A stretch of 64,000 nucleotides of DNA from Bigelowiella natans CCMP2755 (Eukaryota; Protista; Cercozoa), in assembly GCA_000320545.1 (NCBI GenBank), contig ADNK01001740.1, positions 8,040-72,039 on the forward strand, given 5' to 3'. Below the pieces are notes generated by a model. It did no database searches and was not told the DNA's origin. It saw nothing but the letters and a program-made list of their open reading frames with translations. The position numbers and the translations under genes are program-made. Positions 1 through 12,401 of this stretch are shown here, in pieces. How positions within the stretch are numbered: position 1 is the stretch's first letter; every line of letters starts with the position of its first letter.

Positions 1-1010
1 CGCCGAACAAGGGAAACATTGCGCTAGCTCGCTACTTGTTGCCCTTCACACCTCACTTTGTTGCTACATGATCTAGTTGTGCTTCTTCACAGCATTGCAA
101 CGATGCTTGGCGCACAGCTAGACAGCTAGACAGCTTGACAGCTGCGGTGGTAAGTCTGTGCGCACGTCGACAAGCCCGTGTTATTTGTGCATGCATGTGT
201 GTCTAGGTGTGTGCGCGCGCATGTGGAGGTGTGGATGCACATTACATGCGTGCACAGAATTAAAGGCTTGACTAATGTGTACGCATTGCGCAGGAAGTAC
301 CTGACATCATCATCAAACTAGTGTATTAAGTGTCGTTAATCCCATTATTCATGCTGCTGCTGCGCGCTTACATCTCTTAAATTGTTACCAGATTAGACAT
401 AAACGACCTGCGCATCGCTGCGCAAAGCTCCACACAATGTGCCATTCATACGATCTAGCGATGCACCTTATAACCTACTAGCCTGCTTGTACTACTAGAC
501 TATGTGCATGCTTGATGTTGTTACCATGCGGCAACCATGCACCTGCAGCGGTCATCGCATGCATTACAGTCGGGATGAGTGCTTATTGCGCCGGAGCTGG
601 TCATGGTCACAGATGGCCTCATTTAGTCCTGACCACCCCCGTTACTATGTAGGGCTGAAAACCGTGCATCGTCTGTGATGGTTGCTGCCTGCGGTTGCGT
701 TAGCTGACGTAATTCACAATCATGCGCTAGCTTATATGCATGTGCAGCTTGGCAATGCACGTCGTGCAAATGTGCGCACTGCTGTCGATATGGACAGTTT
801 GCAACGATAGTGATATGCTTATTAAATTCGATTTTGCACACGATGTCATTAGCCTATGATTCAACACTACGATGAAAGCAAACTCACAAACATGCACAAT
901 GTCAGCCATGCTGCATTCTTTCATGGAGGAAATGACTTGCTTCAATTAGCATACCTGATATGCACACAAAGTCGGAACGCAATGTGCTCAATGGTTGGAA
1001 ACGTCATAAG
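1..1010. other. Partially TpA-depleted, TGCA/CATG-rich intergenic block
   Basis: Dense TGCA, CATG, GTGCAC and CTAG, with many TpA still present. No identifiable protein. Confidence 0.5.
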
Positions 1011-1271
1011 ATCGTCTACTGTCAATGCCTCACCCTACAACCGAGTGATCGTTCAACAACATTCCATCGATCGTGGAATCTGTAAATGGATACGATAAGA
1101 TGCGAAGTTCCCAAAGAACATTAGAGCTCTGAGCATTATCATTCGTCTTTAAGTGCATTTGTGATATCTAACCTCGGGGAGAGTCGCTATTAGATTTCGG
1201 CCTTCGCATCAACTCGATATCAGTCGTTGACCTGCTCGGAGTCTGCGACCAAAATCAAGCCTTAGAAATCT

Positions 1272-1311
<40 letters not shown>

Positions 1312-1759
1312 TTGAAGCATTTTGGGTCGGTAATACTCAAAACAGCATCTTGTGAAATACGATAATATTCACCACGTCAGATCGGACGGCGGGGTCTCTC
1401 TTCCCCTTCGCAAAGATTTCTTCAAGTAAATGCGCCATCCTCTGTAAATTAGAAATGAGTGTCGGCTATGAGAACACCGTGGATATACTAAAGGCTCTTC
1501 AATGCTGCTTCTTCTCGGCATACTATAGCATGCAAGCTCTCGTATCATCATAACATAAACGCCTTCTCACGCAAGCTTTGACAGGTGCGAAGAAACTAAT
1601 GAAGCATCTGCGCGGACTACCGCAAGAATCGCTTTCCCCATTCCATTCCTAAAACACCAACAGAAACCAGAAGAAAATTAACGGTCAAAGTGGCCATAAA
1701 GCAAAGTCGCCATTCCCCAAAGACCTCAACAATTGACAAGGACGCCACGTCTGAGAACG

Positions 1760-2255
1760 CTATAGTAGCGTTTGGCCAAGGCAGGATTGGGCTTTTCGCG
1801 AGTGATAAATCATGCTCATTTGCATTGCAAAATCGGTTTTATCGAAACTCGCACGGGGTACTACTACTGCAGTGTACTTTTCATTCTGGGCGGATGAGGC
1901 TGCCCCAGATTCACTTGGATCAGGATAGACTATGATGAGCGAGAGCTGAGGTAATAGCCGAGATGAGGGCAAAGAGCCTTGGTTTCAGTGAATAAATCTA
2001 AAATTCTGTGAGGCTTCTCTCAAATATTTATATCATATATGTATATATATTGATGGTGCATATTGATGGGGTGAAGTGCGAGTCAACCTGAACGACAGAA
2101 AGCAGTAGGCCTATTGAATTCGGCCCCCAAATGTACACGTCACTTAACAGGTATCCTGGTAGCAGACCGCAAAGAGAACAAATGTTTCACTTGGATTGGA
2201 CACGAAGTGCATGTGTTCAAACAGTCATTTTACAGCAAACCAACAATTTTACGTG

Positions 2256-2315
<60 letters not shown>

Positions 2316-3327
2316 GTGTATATTAATATCGATTTGTAAAACACCGTATAGTGTCCAGCTCAGGGCACAGACGAAACTAAGAACGCTCAAAGGCCGCGAC
2401 AACGCCTTGGAATTTCTGCTCCTGTTTGAAGAGTTTGTACATATTACAGTACTTTGTTAAAACACACGAGCATCTTGGGGATTAGTCGGTGGACTTCTTT
2501 CCGCAGCTTGCGTTGATATGATCTATGCTTCAATACAGCTCAATTTTCCAGCTGCAACGTAGCCCTGATGCCGTCCCTTCATCCTTACCCTCCAATCCTC
2601 TCTTCCATAGACCCATCACCTTTCGTATCCTATCTATACACACTCGCCTCGCGTCATACCTCAGCACATCAGCCATGACCACCAAGGGTGATGCAAATAG
2701 CACGCACACCTAACAACACAACGACGCCGTTTCTTGCTCAGTGGTAGCTGCTGTGACCCTCTTCGTGAAGGAAATGCGCTCGATTGGATTGCGTACAGTC
2801 GGACTATCTAATCTCCGTATTTTTGCCTCGATTATTATGCATTGCATACTCTCCCATTCCCCACCCCATTCTCCCTCTTAAAACATCAAGATCTCTCGCT
2901 GTCTTTGGCCGCAGCTCTCCATGATGTCCGCATCGAAACACGCATAGTTTGCACGGAGATACATCTAATTTATAAAGAGAGGAGGGGTAGAGAGACAGTA
3001 GATCACCGAGAGAACTCCCAATGTTCCTAGCAGCGAAACAGCCTCTTCCTCCTGATGGATAGCAGAATGGGAAAGCTCTAGTTATTTGCTTCAATCGATA
3101 TTGTGAGTAAGGACGGCTGGATGTACCCAGGATATTCAAATGCATCTATTCACGTATTTCGCAATACTGTTCCATAGACGATGAAACTCTGTTATCCCCC
3201 CCCCCCCCCCTACCCGCCCAAAGGATGTAGCTGCTTCACGTCTTAATGGGGAATACTACCGTTTTGACAGCGACAATGGAGACCATGACCATGAATGCCA
3301 CTCCGAAAAAAGCACCGTAAAGCCGAC

Positions 3328-3392
<65 letters not shown>

Positions 3393-3481
3393 TCAATATA
3401 CATATACCTAATCCGCTTTGAACAAGGCTCGCCGTAGCTTTATAAATGAGCGGACTTATGCGCAAATGTACTCAGCTGAAA

Positions 3482-3521
<40 letters not shown>

Positions 3522-4248
3522 CTGGCGAATACCACTGCTACTATGGCTCATTTTTTACGATTTTCTTTACTGGAATCTCCGCAACATCGATAAATTCACT
3601 TTAATGAAAACACACGCCTCTATCACATTCAGGTAGCAGATTGGTTGTCGCTTGGTCGCGAACAAGCTCGTACTACTACCGTCGTATTTTGGCCTGTTCT
3701 CCACATTTTCCCGACTACTATTCGATGCAAATATACAGAAACCAAACCTCACACATGAAGGGGTACATCGAAAGCGCGCACAACGTTCCGCTGGCAGTGC
3801 TCATCAATTGCACGGTTAAATATATGAATCAGACTCACGTGATGCTTGGAGTGTAGTAGATAAATGCGGAGAGATGGAAGATTCCGGCTGTGACTGAGAG
3901 TATGATGAAGGTAGGCTCATAAGGTTTGTAAGAATGAAATAACCAAGAAATCGAGCACGGCCATGCTTCCAACCCAGTCTCTCTCTCTCTCTCCCTCTCT
4001 CCCTCCCTCCTTCCTCTTTCTTCTTTTGTAGAGTATATATATATCTAACAGGGCACACGCGTGCATATAATTTAGTTTCTGTAGCATTACCTCCAATTCC
4101 ATTTGTGAATAGCATCGGAAAGTAATCGGACTGTCTCGAGCACACACACGACGACACGCGTGCACAACACGTCAACGCAATACATACAAATCTCACACCA
4201 AGTTAGATAGATAACACATACTCTCCCCCCCCCTTTCTCTTTCCCCCC

Positions 4249-4293
<45 letters not shown>

Positions 4294-4628
4294 GTGCACC
4301 CACCTATACACACACATACACTAACACACACACATACACAACACTATCATCGTAATTCCTACCTTCAAGACTGCATAAAAGCACCAGCAAGCACACGTGA
4401 CAGCTATCATCGCATACGGTAGAGGATGCTTGTCTCCTATCATATTGCATTCCACTTAGAATTCTAAACAGATACCATCCACGATACTTTCAATCGTGCT
4501 ACATCCACCGTCATGTTACCCCCACCTGTATGGCCTTGCACGGAAAAGACTGCAATGTCGTCCAATGGGGCAAGGTTCATCCCTATAGCGCTGATCATGG
4601 CCGCCAGCTTTATCCCAAACAAGAACAT
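1760..4628 (-). CDS. SWEET: SWEET (MtN3/saliva) sugar transporter, multi-exon; the 3' end may be spliced further
   Basis: GT-AG exons on the minus strand join into a two-repeat MtN3 protein: MFLFGIKLAAMISAIGMNLAPLDDIAVFSVQGHT|GDKHPLPYAMIAVTCACWCFYAVLK|SDYFPMLFTNGIG ... EEEAVSLLGTLGVLS|VCVLFASPLVVMADVLR|SRNSKALSRPLSVLSFVCALSWTLY|GYLLSDVYIWGPNSIGLLLSVVQ|LSLIIVYP. The AP/SP, PY, WxxYG and PNxxG motifs are typical of SWEETs. Exon 1 is 4526-4628. The TM4 exons are only partly resolved. Confidence 0.85.
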
Positions 4629-5831
4629 GGTAAAGGAGAACGACCAGTGCCTGTTAACCGTATTCAACGTAAAGAAAAATACTCAAGGTTGCGGTCGTAT
4701 CTTCCCCTCTCCCCACTAGTATCACGAACTTTTCAGTGGAAACTGTTCCAGAGGTCACCGGCTAGATGAACTTAGATATACCTAAAAAATCTAGGAAATA
4801 TTTATTGCTAAGTATATCGTAATTTGTACAAACTTATTACAGAACATTATCCAGAATAATTATTTATTCACGTTAGACAAGCAGAGTCCTTCTATCGGGG
4901 TAATATCCTAAATGAAATATCCGAAGAATAACCTTCTGAACGGAAACGTAGTCAGACAACGTCGAAGCAGTCAGCGGTTCCAGATATATTGCGACAAGGA
5001 TGTGAACCGTTCCACATCATCAGAACCGCATTGCATATTTTCGCCTGAATTATACCAAGTTATCATTTAACGACAACACAATTATTTTTAACTGACAATT
5101 GTTTCACCATCCTAAATCTACCCGTTCCAGATTACCACTTCTCAGAAGTAAGAGATATTGTTTTCCCAAACGCCGTACGATTTTCTTTAGATTGCGTTCT
5201 CAAATGAGATTATAAAAGAATTGTCCTGCGATTTACTCCAAAATATAAATATTAAGGTTTTCTCTAACCGGCACTCAAAATGGCACAAATAAGTACGTAC
5301 GACAATAAATATATTATGACTTTAATCATAATTCTACGGCATTTGTAATTTTAGCCTTGGGGAATGGCGCCCGGCGGAGAAGGACCGAGGGTACCTTTTT
5401 CCTTCCAAACGCTTTTCACATTAACACGCTTTAGTTCCCCAAATATGGGACCTACGAAAATAATTGAAGCGCAACATCATATATCTTTTCATTCCAATTA
5501 CGTTTTTGAGAAATTTCTCCAGAATCTTGGAACTCTCGCTCTCCCCTTTCACATGTTCATTTGAAACGAAGATCAGGAAAGAAATGAGATGAAATTCGTT
5601 TTGAGGGGGCAATCTGAACCTATTTTTAAAAAACCGAAGCCATAAATTTTCCAAATTACCTAGCCTAACACGTATCTTAAAGACTAGTCACCTTTCTTGG
5701 GTTTGAGAGCTAAAGGAGTTTCTTGTGATTAAAACTAACAATGTTCGTATTCGTAGGTTGCCCTGGCCCTAATCCTAGCACTCCTTTCCGCGTGTTACAT
5801 ATGGCACGAGGGTAGTTCCTCTCGAAAAGTA

Positions 5832-8138
5832 GTGCCTGTTAATAATAATGAAGACTTCTCCATACCCGAGGCATCATCCTCGTTACTTCCTTCCTTCGCT
5901 GTGAAGAAGGCAGCTGATAGGGGCGACTCAAAGGCCTCCAATGATCATCCTACCAAACACCCCATTCACCATAAGAACATCGAATCAATAACAATAAATA
6001 ATCGGCAGAAAAATGCATCGGAGATAATGCTGGGAAGGCAGCACAAAAGTGCTGAAGCGAGGAGCGGAAAGTTAGAAGAGGCGAGTAGGCCTCACATGAC
6101 CCCATCACCACCCTACCACTCCGACGTACAAAGTCAAAACCTTAGCAAATTGTCAATAGCTGCTGCATCGAGCAACACGGGATCCGATAATGCAATCCGA
6201 GAGCATAGAACTGTCATCAATGGTCACTTTCGAAAACAAGCTGGCTCCTCAGGGAGAGGCAGAAATGACATGAAAGCAACGATAGAAAGCAAACGGTCGG
6301 AAAAGAAAGAGCCGCAACATTCTTCTTTAGAGAAAAAACACAGTGGGTACAGCAGTAGTCGTACCGAAAGATCTCGGTCATCAGGCTCATCTTCGTCGTC
6401 ATCATCATCATCATCATCATCATCCAAGCAACATGGTTCTCATGGAAAGCAACACTCCCCTGGCCATCACCATCCTCATAGCCCTTCATCATCACGCATC
6501 CATCATGCGCACCAAGAGCCACGACAGCCCCCTGCTCCGCCTAGAATCACCATATCATCTGAAGAGAAAAAGAAAGAGGAAGAACGCGAGAAAGAAGAAG
6601 AAAGAAAGGACCGTCAAGAGCGCGAGGAAGAGGCCTTTGACGAAGTGTGGCCGTTCTTGGGACCATTGGCCCCTTTAGCTGACGCCCCAGGCCAATGTGC
6701 CCGCATCGTGGACATGTGGCTCCGAAGGCTAAACCGGACAGCCTTCCCTACCATAAACGAGCAAGCCATACAGTTTGACCCCACCAAAGGCCAGCCGTTC
6801 TCCCTTGATGTAAAGCACGCCTTCTGCTTCGGGGACGTGGGAGAGGTGCACATCGAGCACCCCGCAGGAATTTTGTGCCTTTCGCTTGACGAGGACGACG
6901 ATAACTCCGAATGGAGGGAGGAGCTTTGCGAGCGGGGCCGCTTCCCAGATATGTATGAGTGCGTGGAGCCGTTCTTAAACCACACCATTCCGTTCTACGG
7001 GCAATGGCTATCGGTCGGTGGACTTGTGGAGTTCCAGCTCATGATGTGTGGCAACAAGGCCCCGAAAACGGGAATTCCGCCGTCGTTCTCACGGCTTTTC
7101 TACAACTCTCATGCATTCGGGGACAAAATGGCCATTGACGGCGGTGGTGTTGCCAAGCACCAGAACGACCCTGTGGCCGAGGGAGAGAGAGGGAACCTTG
7201 GGGAGGTCCCTGATACAAGCCTGCAGGCTCTCGAGGATACGTGCCACATGATATGGCGTGATGAGTTCAACGGCGATAATAACGGGAATAACAACGGCGA
7301 GGAGGGAGGCGAGGATGGGGGTCATAGGGCTGTTCTTTTGAACCGAGATTACTGGCACGTGGCGCAGACTGCAAACATAGAAGGAGAGGGGGAGGGGGGG
7401 CATCGCCCGAGGGGGGTAGGCCGACCCCGGAATAAAGAGCAAGAGTGTTATGTTGACGACAACTCTGCCGTGCGAATAGAGAACGGTAGGCTAATTCTGG
7501 AAGCGCGTCGATCCGACCCAGGCCAGTATCCTTACTGCAATTTCACGTCGGGAAGAATACACACGCGTGCTGGGTTTCAAACCGGTTTATTCCAGATAAG
7601 GGCCAAGCTTCCCGATGGAAATGGCGTGTGGCCAGCGATATGGATGGAAGCGAAGTCCAAAGATTTCGGTTCATGGCCGCGTAGTGGCGAAATCGATATA
7701 GCGGAGCTTCAAGGAAGCCGTCCGAACGTTACCCTAGGAACCCTCCACTATTCCACGTCCAACGGCCCGCTGTTCCCGCATATATTTGCCTCGCACACGT
7801 ACTCTCTTCCACGCTCGCATAAATCGTTCGCGGATGATTTTCATACCTACAGCTTGCACTGGGAAGATGAGAAGTTCACATGGTTCGTGGACGATACAGC
7901 TTTTGCTTCTTCGAGTCTCTGGATGTCGCCGTTCGAGGCCTCCTTCCCTGCCCCTTTTAACCGACCATTTCGAATCGTTATGAATCTCGCTATGGGCGGG
8001 GTGTTTGACGGTGATGTGGCTGACGATGAAACTCTGCCAAAGACCATGGAAATTGACTATGTGCGTGTATTCAAATGTACAACAGCATATGCTAGTTACT
8101 TAGCGGATGGCGAAGATGACGGCTACGACTACGAATAA
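5832..8138 (+). CDS. GH16 laminarinase/beta-1,3-glucanase-like protein with a long low-complexity N-terminus; intronless
   Basis: 768-aa ORF (GTG start; first in-frame ATG at 6027). The C-terminal ~330 aa has WRDEFNG, FTSGRI, IRAKLP-GNGVWPAIWM, the catalytic WPRSGEIDIAE (ExDxxE), FHTYSLHW and PFNRPFRIVMNLAMGG. Confidence 0.92.
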   Translation: MPVNNNEDFSIPEASSSLLPSFAVKKAADRGDSKASNDHPTKHPIHHKNIESITINNRQKNASEIMLGRQHKSAEARSGKLEEASRPHMTPSPPYHSDVQSQNLSKLSIAAASSNTGSDNAIREHRTVINGHFRKQAGSSGRGRNDMKATIESKRSEKKEPQHSSLEKKHSGYSSSRTERSRSSGSSSSSSSSSSSSSKQHGSHGKQHSPGHHHPHSPSSSRIHHAHQEPRQPPAPPRITISSEEKKKEEEREKEEERKDRQEREEEAFDEVWPFLGPLAPLADAPGQCARIVDMWLRRLNRTAFPTINEQAIQFDPTKGQPFSLDVKHAFCFGDVGEVHIEHPAGILCLSLDEDDDNSEWREELCERGRFPDMYECVEPFLNHTIPFYGQWLSVGGLVEFQLMMCGNKAPKTGIPPSFSRLFYNSHAFGDKMAIDGGGVAKHQNDPVAEGERGNLGEVPDTSLQALEDTCHMIWRDEFNGDNNGNNNGEEGGEDGGHRAVLLNRDYWHVAQTANIEGEGEGGHRPRGVGRPRNKEQECYVDDNSAVRIENGRLILEARRSDPGQYPYCNFTSGRIHTRAGFQTGLFQIRAKLPDGNGVWPAIWMEAKSKDFGSWPRSGEIDIAELQGSRPNVTLGTLHYSTSNGPLFPHIFASHTYSLPRSHKSFADDFHTYSLHWEDEKFTWFVDDTAFASSSLWMSPFEASFPAPFNRPFRIVMNLAMGGVFDGDVADDETLPKTMEIDYVRVFKCTTAYASYLADGEDDGYDYE

Positions 8139-8154
8139 CTGGAGAGTGAAAGAA

Positions 8155-8194
<40 letters not shown>

Positions 8195-8389
8195 TTCGTC
8201 GACTTCAAGGAGTTCGGAGAATAGGGACGTTTCAATCGAGCTATCTACTTGATAGAGACGGTAGAAAACAAAAATGATACCCAAAAACGAGGCAATGGAT
8301 ATTTCGAAGCAAACTTAAAATATATTTGCATTGTGTACATACTTATACATACTGTTCATCATAGATGCCTAGATATGCTTAGATGAATG

Positions 8390-9850
8390 CGTGTGGTACA
8401 CGGTACACCACGAACAAGAGATGGAGAAGTGAGTCCTCAAACTTGCTGCTGGAACAGTGCTACCTGCCCATGCTGCCTAGCTCTCCATGTTCCAAAGCAT
8501 TGCGCATGCAACAGTTTCTTTGACAATGCGAGTCGGAAAATTGAACGAACGAAATGCTCTCACCAATCTAGCTAGCTAGGCATTTGCTTCAGCTCAGTTT
8601 CCGCATGCAACACGGCGTCGTCTAGCATCCACGTGATCACGCGCATGGCCCTGCTGCTGCAATGATGTCCACATGCTGGCATGTCTGGATGTGTTGATGT
8701 GTGCATGAGCAGGGCCAGCCATGCCAGAGTGGAGGGCACACCTGACATGCTAGCATGCTCCACGTTGTCATGCGAGCCCCAGCTAGCTAGAGCCAGTGAG
8801 CACTGGAGCACCAGAGCAGTTGTCCCACCACTCTGGCACTGCTAGACCAGACTGGAACAGAAGCACATTCGTGCTCTCACCACTTCTGAAAGTTGCTGGA
8901 CCACGCCAGCACGTCGTTGTTGGTTCGTTTGTCCAAGACCCCTCTGGCCCTCCTCCTTGCACGTCAGTCTTGTTGAGTGCAACAGAGTTTCGCTTTCGCA
9001 CCAACCACTTGGCGGGGTGCTGCGTCGAAAGTCACCAAATCGTTGACAGTTGCACACGCAACGTGCTCTGGTGCTGGGCTTGCCAGCTTGGCGCAAAGAA
9101 AGTCGCGACGAATTTCCACAAAAAGTCGAAAAGGTTCAAAGACTTGACCAGTGAACAGGCTGCTGACAAGCAAGTCAACTTGTGAAAAAAGTGAGTGGCC
9201 TGCCTCGCTAGCTCGCACACCCCAACAGCCAGCTGAACGTGCACATTGTTCACGTGCACCGTTCCAGCATTGACAACCTGCTTGAACTTCATCACTTTGT
9301 TTCATCTGGCTGATCGTGACGTCAAGTGCCTGCCGTTTCGACTGTTTCGGCGGCTCGTTGAAGTCGACCATTGTCCAGTCTCACGTTGCCATCGCTCACT
9401 GGAGGTGCTTGGCCCACCTAGCCACGTTGTGACGTTGCAAGTGGCAAATCGAGAAGCTGGGAAGCAGTTGCAACAGGAAAAACACTCCCCAGAGCCACTG
9501 TGGCGCCTGCGATGAAACGTGAGAACACATGGCATTTTGACTCTTCTTTGAGCCTTCATGATGCACGTTTTGAGGACATCATCCTGGGTTCCTGCTGGCG
9601 CGCCTTCCTTTGCAGGCTACGCATTCAGGTCTCTCACAGAGTGCGTCTCCAGATCCAAAAAAATCAACTGAAAGCAACCATGCCCATGTACCCCCCCGTC
9701 TCTTCTCTTGTGGAAAAATAGCTGTATTTTTTTCGGTAAATTTACCAAATCTAATTGCCACAGAGCACAAGGGCAAAAGGGCACAGGGTGAGATACTGGT
9801 GACACAGGAGCAATGGTACACCTTTTGACTTTTCCATCTACGAGTCTCTC
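8390..9850. other. Strongly TpA-depleted intergenic block
   Basis: Hand count for 8521-9616: 10 TpA, all within CTAG. CpG is plentiful. Confidence 0.9.
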
Positions 9851-10622
9851 GCATGTCTACAAAACGGTGACGGAATTCGGGTAAAAATACCAGATAAAGT
9901 CTAGAAACTCACCATAAAAATCGGTGCTGCGTCTTCTGGCAGTGCTTTTCTACGAGTAGTGTATGAAGATGATTTGACGAGAGACTACTGATCGGTCTGT
10001 ACAATTTTTAAAAACTGGGATTTTGGTACAAAATAATTAACTTATCACGATACTTTTCTTCAGTAGATCGAGAAACTTTGCCAAAATTCTCCCGCCTTTT
10101 CAAACGTATCTCTCCCTACAAAAAATTGTTTGCGTACTCAAAAACACACTACAGTTTGAGAAAACGACTTGTGTAATACACTTGATTTAAAGCGGGTTCT
10201 TGGTTTTTCGGATAATTTCTTTTGGTTTTTATGAGATCTTTCCTGTGCCCGCCAAAATAAAGGACTTTCTTTACCATGTCGTCATGAATATTTCCCCTAC
10301 ATTACATCCCAATTTTTACTTTTTGTGTGCGCTTTTTGATACAGATCTCAAAAAAACAACATACTCCTTCGTCCACCATGGCCTCCTCTCACTACGCTTC
10401 CTTCTCACCCCCCCCCGCCAATGGCCACAGAAGGCTCAAGACGTGGACAAAAGCCGTCTCTATCGGAATTGGTAACTAATACATTGCACATGATGCAAAA
10501 ATGTGGAGAGAACGTGTCGAAATTTAGTTGTACAACTTCCGAATGTTTTTGGCGGAAGCTAGATTTCCCTGTTATTCCAAAGCCCTTGCTACAGAATAGT
10601 TAGCACCAACCCGTTCCAACTC

Positions 10623-12401
10623 ATGTTAGTGTCTGAACCTTATACCTATCTCCTGTGGTATTTTGCAGCGATGATTGCAGTGGCTCTGGTTCTTACTTCC
10701 GTGTATCATCGCAAGGAAGAGTCACAGGTGTTTCGCTTCGTATTAGTAGGTTTTACTAAAATATGCAACTCGGAGGTGGTACTTATCATACATTCCATAG
10801 TCTCCTTATTAATGTGTTTGTATTACGCAGCAAATTCTCCGTCTAAAGCCGGTCACTAGAAGCTGCTCTTCTTCCCAAGGCCTCCGCTCTGTAATTCCTT
10901 CCGTGAAGGCGACTTCTCGCTTCTCACCTGTTGTCTCTCTGAGACCTCAGCAACACCATGAACTTATGCGCCCCGACGTAGCAGTTAGGGTCATGGTTCC
11001 AAAGGAAAAGAGGGCTGTGGATGGAGTTCCTAGCTTAAATTCCGCAAACTTCACATTGAAGCAGATGATCGGTCAAATGCGGCCCTCAGGGAAGAACCCA
11101 AATGAGAAGGTGGTCTAAAGACAACTCTTCGTTAAAAACAGAGTACCTTCCATATCGTGCTAATTGGCCTTACATAATAGGGACAGAATAATGCCTCTGT
11201 GGTTAACTTCTTCTCGGCAACTGGAAAGGTATCTGCTGTTACACATTCTCCTTTCATATTTGGTAGCCATTTCTCATTAGTTATTGTTCTCATCCAGTCC
11301 ACAGAACTTTCCGGCGAACCAGAGGAAGTTCCACTCCTTTTGAAAGAATACCGTGGAGATGCAAAGATGTTGGCCATGCGCGAGCTTGCTGTTCAGGCAA
11401 GACTTCGAAACGAGCAGGAGGATGTAATGGGATATTCGCGCTCACTTCGAATATAGATTTACTGATCCTTTCGAAAATTCGTAATCAGGCAACCTCCCTT
11501 CCCGTTTTGCCTATCCTTGGAACTTTCGAAAGCAAGTGCATCGTTCACATGACGGAAAACGGCTTCTCCTTTGGTGACAAGTCTCTCTGGACTGTGGAGT
11601 CGCTCAATGGAATTACTGATACGCTGGTTTCGTATCCTTATTTTCCTCAAAAACAACAACTCTCTGACAAACTGCCCATCATTGGACCCGAGATGTTCTT
11701 GCGAAGGTAAGCATATATCTCTGAATGTGCTTTGGAATACGAAACTCATTGCTACATTTTTTAGGCGCGAGGCCTACATCCGCAAGGTTATTAAAGGAGC
11801 CCTCAGCGCCTTGGCAGACGTCCATGCCAGCGGGATTGCCCATGGTGCTCTCGACATGACATCAATTCTAGTCACTACCTTCGATGAAACAAAGGTCAAG
11901 GAGGCCAAGGTCCGCCTCTCAAACTTCGGATACGCTGTTAATACTGCTCCGGAATCTACACCCGAGATGAAAGCTGCATCGGAAGTTGGAGTTACCATCC
12001 CTGCTAGCCTGCTTCTCGACCCTGTCCAAGCTGGAGAATTTGCCGGTCGTGGAACCCTTGACGAAGATGAGGCACGGAAAGTAGTCATGCGAGAAGACGT
12101 GTACAGGCTCGGATTGATTTTTGCAGAACTCGTGTACGGCGCCATGAGCCCTGAGGGCCCAAACGCAAGAACACATTCGTCATTCATTGAGCGACGACTC
12201 CGATTCAAGGGATTCGATGTTGAGGGACTTCGTGAATGGTCTCTCGAGCCTAGTTGGACTTTAATTGTCGACTTCATGGACAAGGACGAGAAGGCGGGAT
12301 GGGACCTTATGCAGCAGCTTGTCAAGCCTGATGAAACTTTGTCTAGCTTAGAGATTCTTCACAAGGCCATGCGCCATCCCTTCTTCAAGGATACCGAATA
12401 A
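10623..12401 (+). CDS. Plastid-targeted STN7/STN8-like protein kinase-like protein (probable pseudokinase), about 6 exons
   Basis: Exon 1 encodes a hydrophobic signal (LLWYFAAMIAVALVLTSV). Intron 10728-10830 is followed by an R/S-rich transit-like peptide. Later exons give LLLKEY..ARELAVQARL, LWTV, ALADVHASGIAHGALDMTSIL, RLSNFGYAV, EDVYRLGLIFAEL and GWDLMQQLV..HPFF. The kinase fold is clear; the family assignment rests on motif resemblance. Confidence 0.75.
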
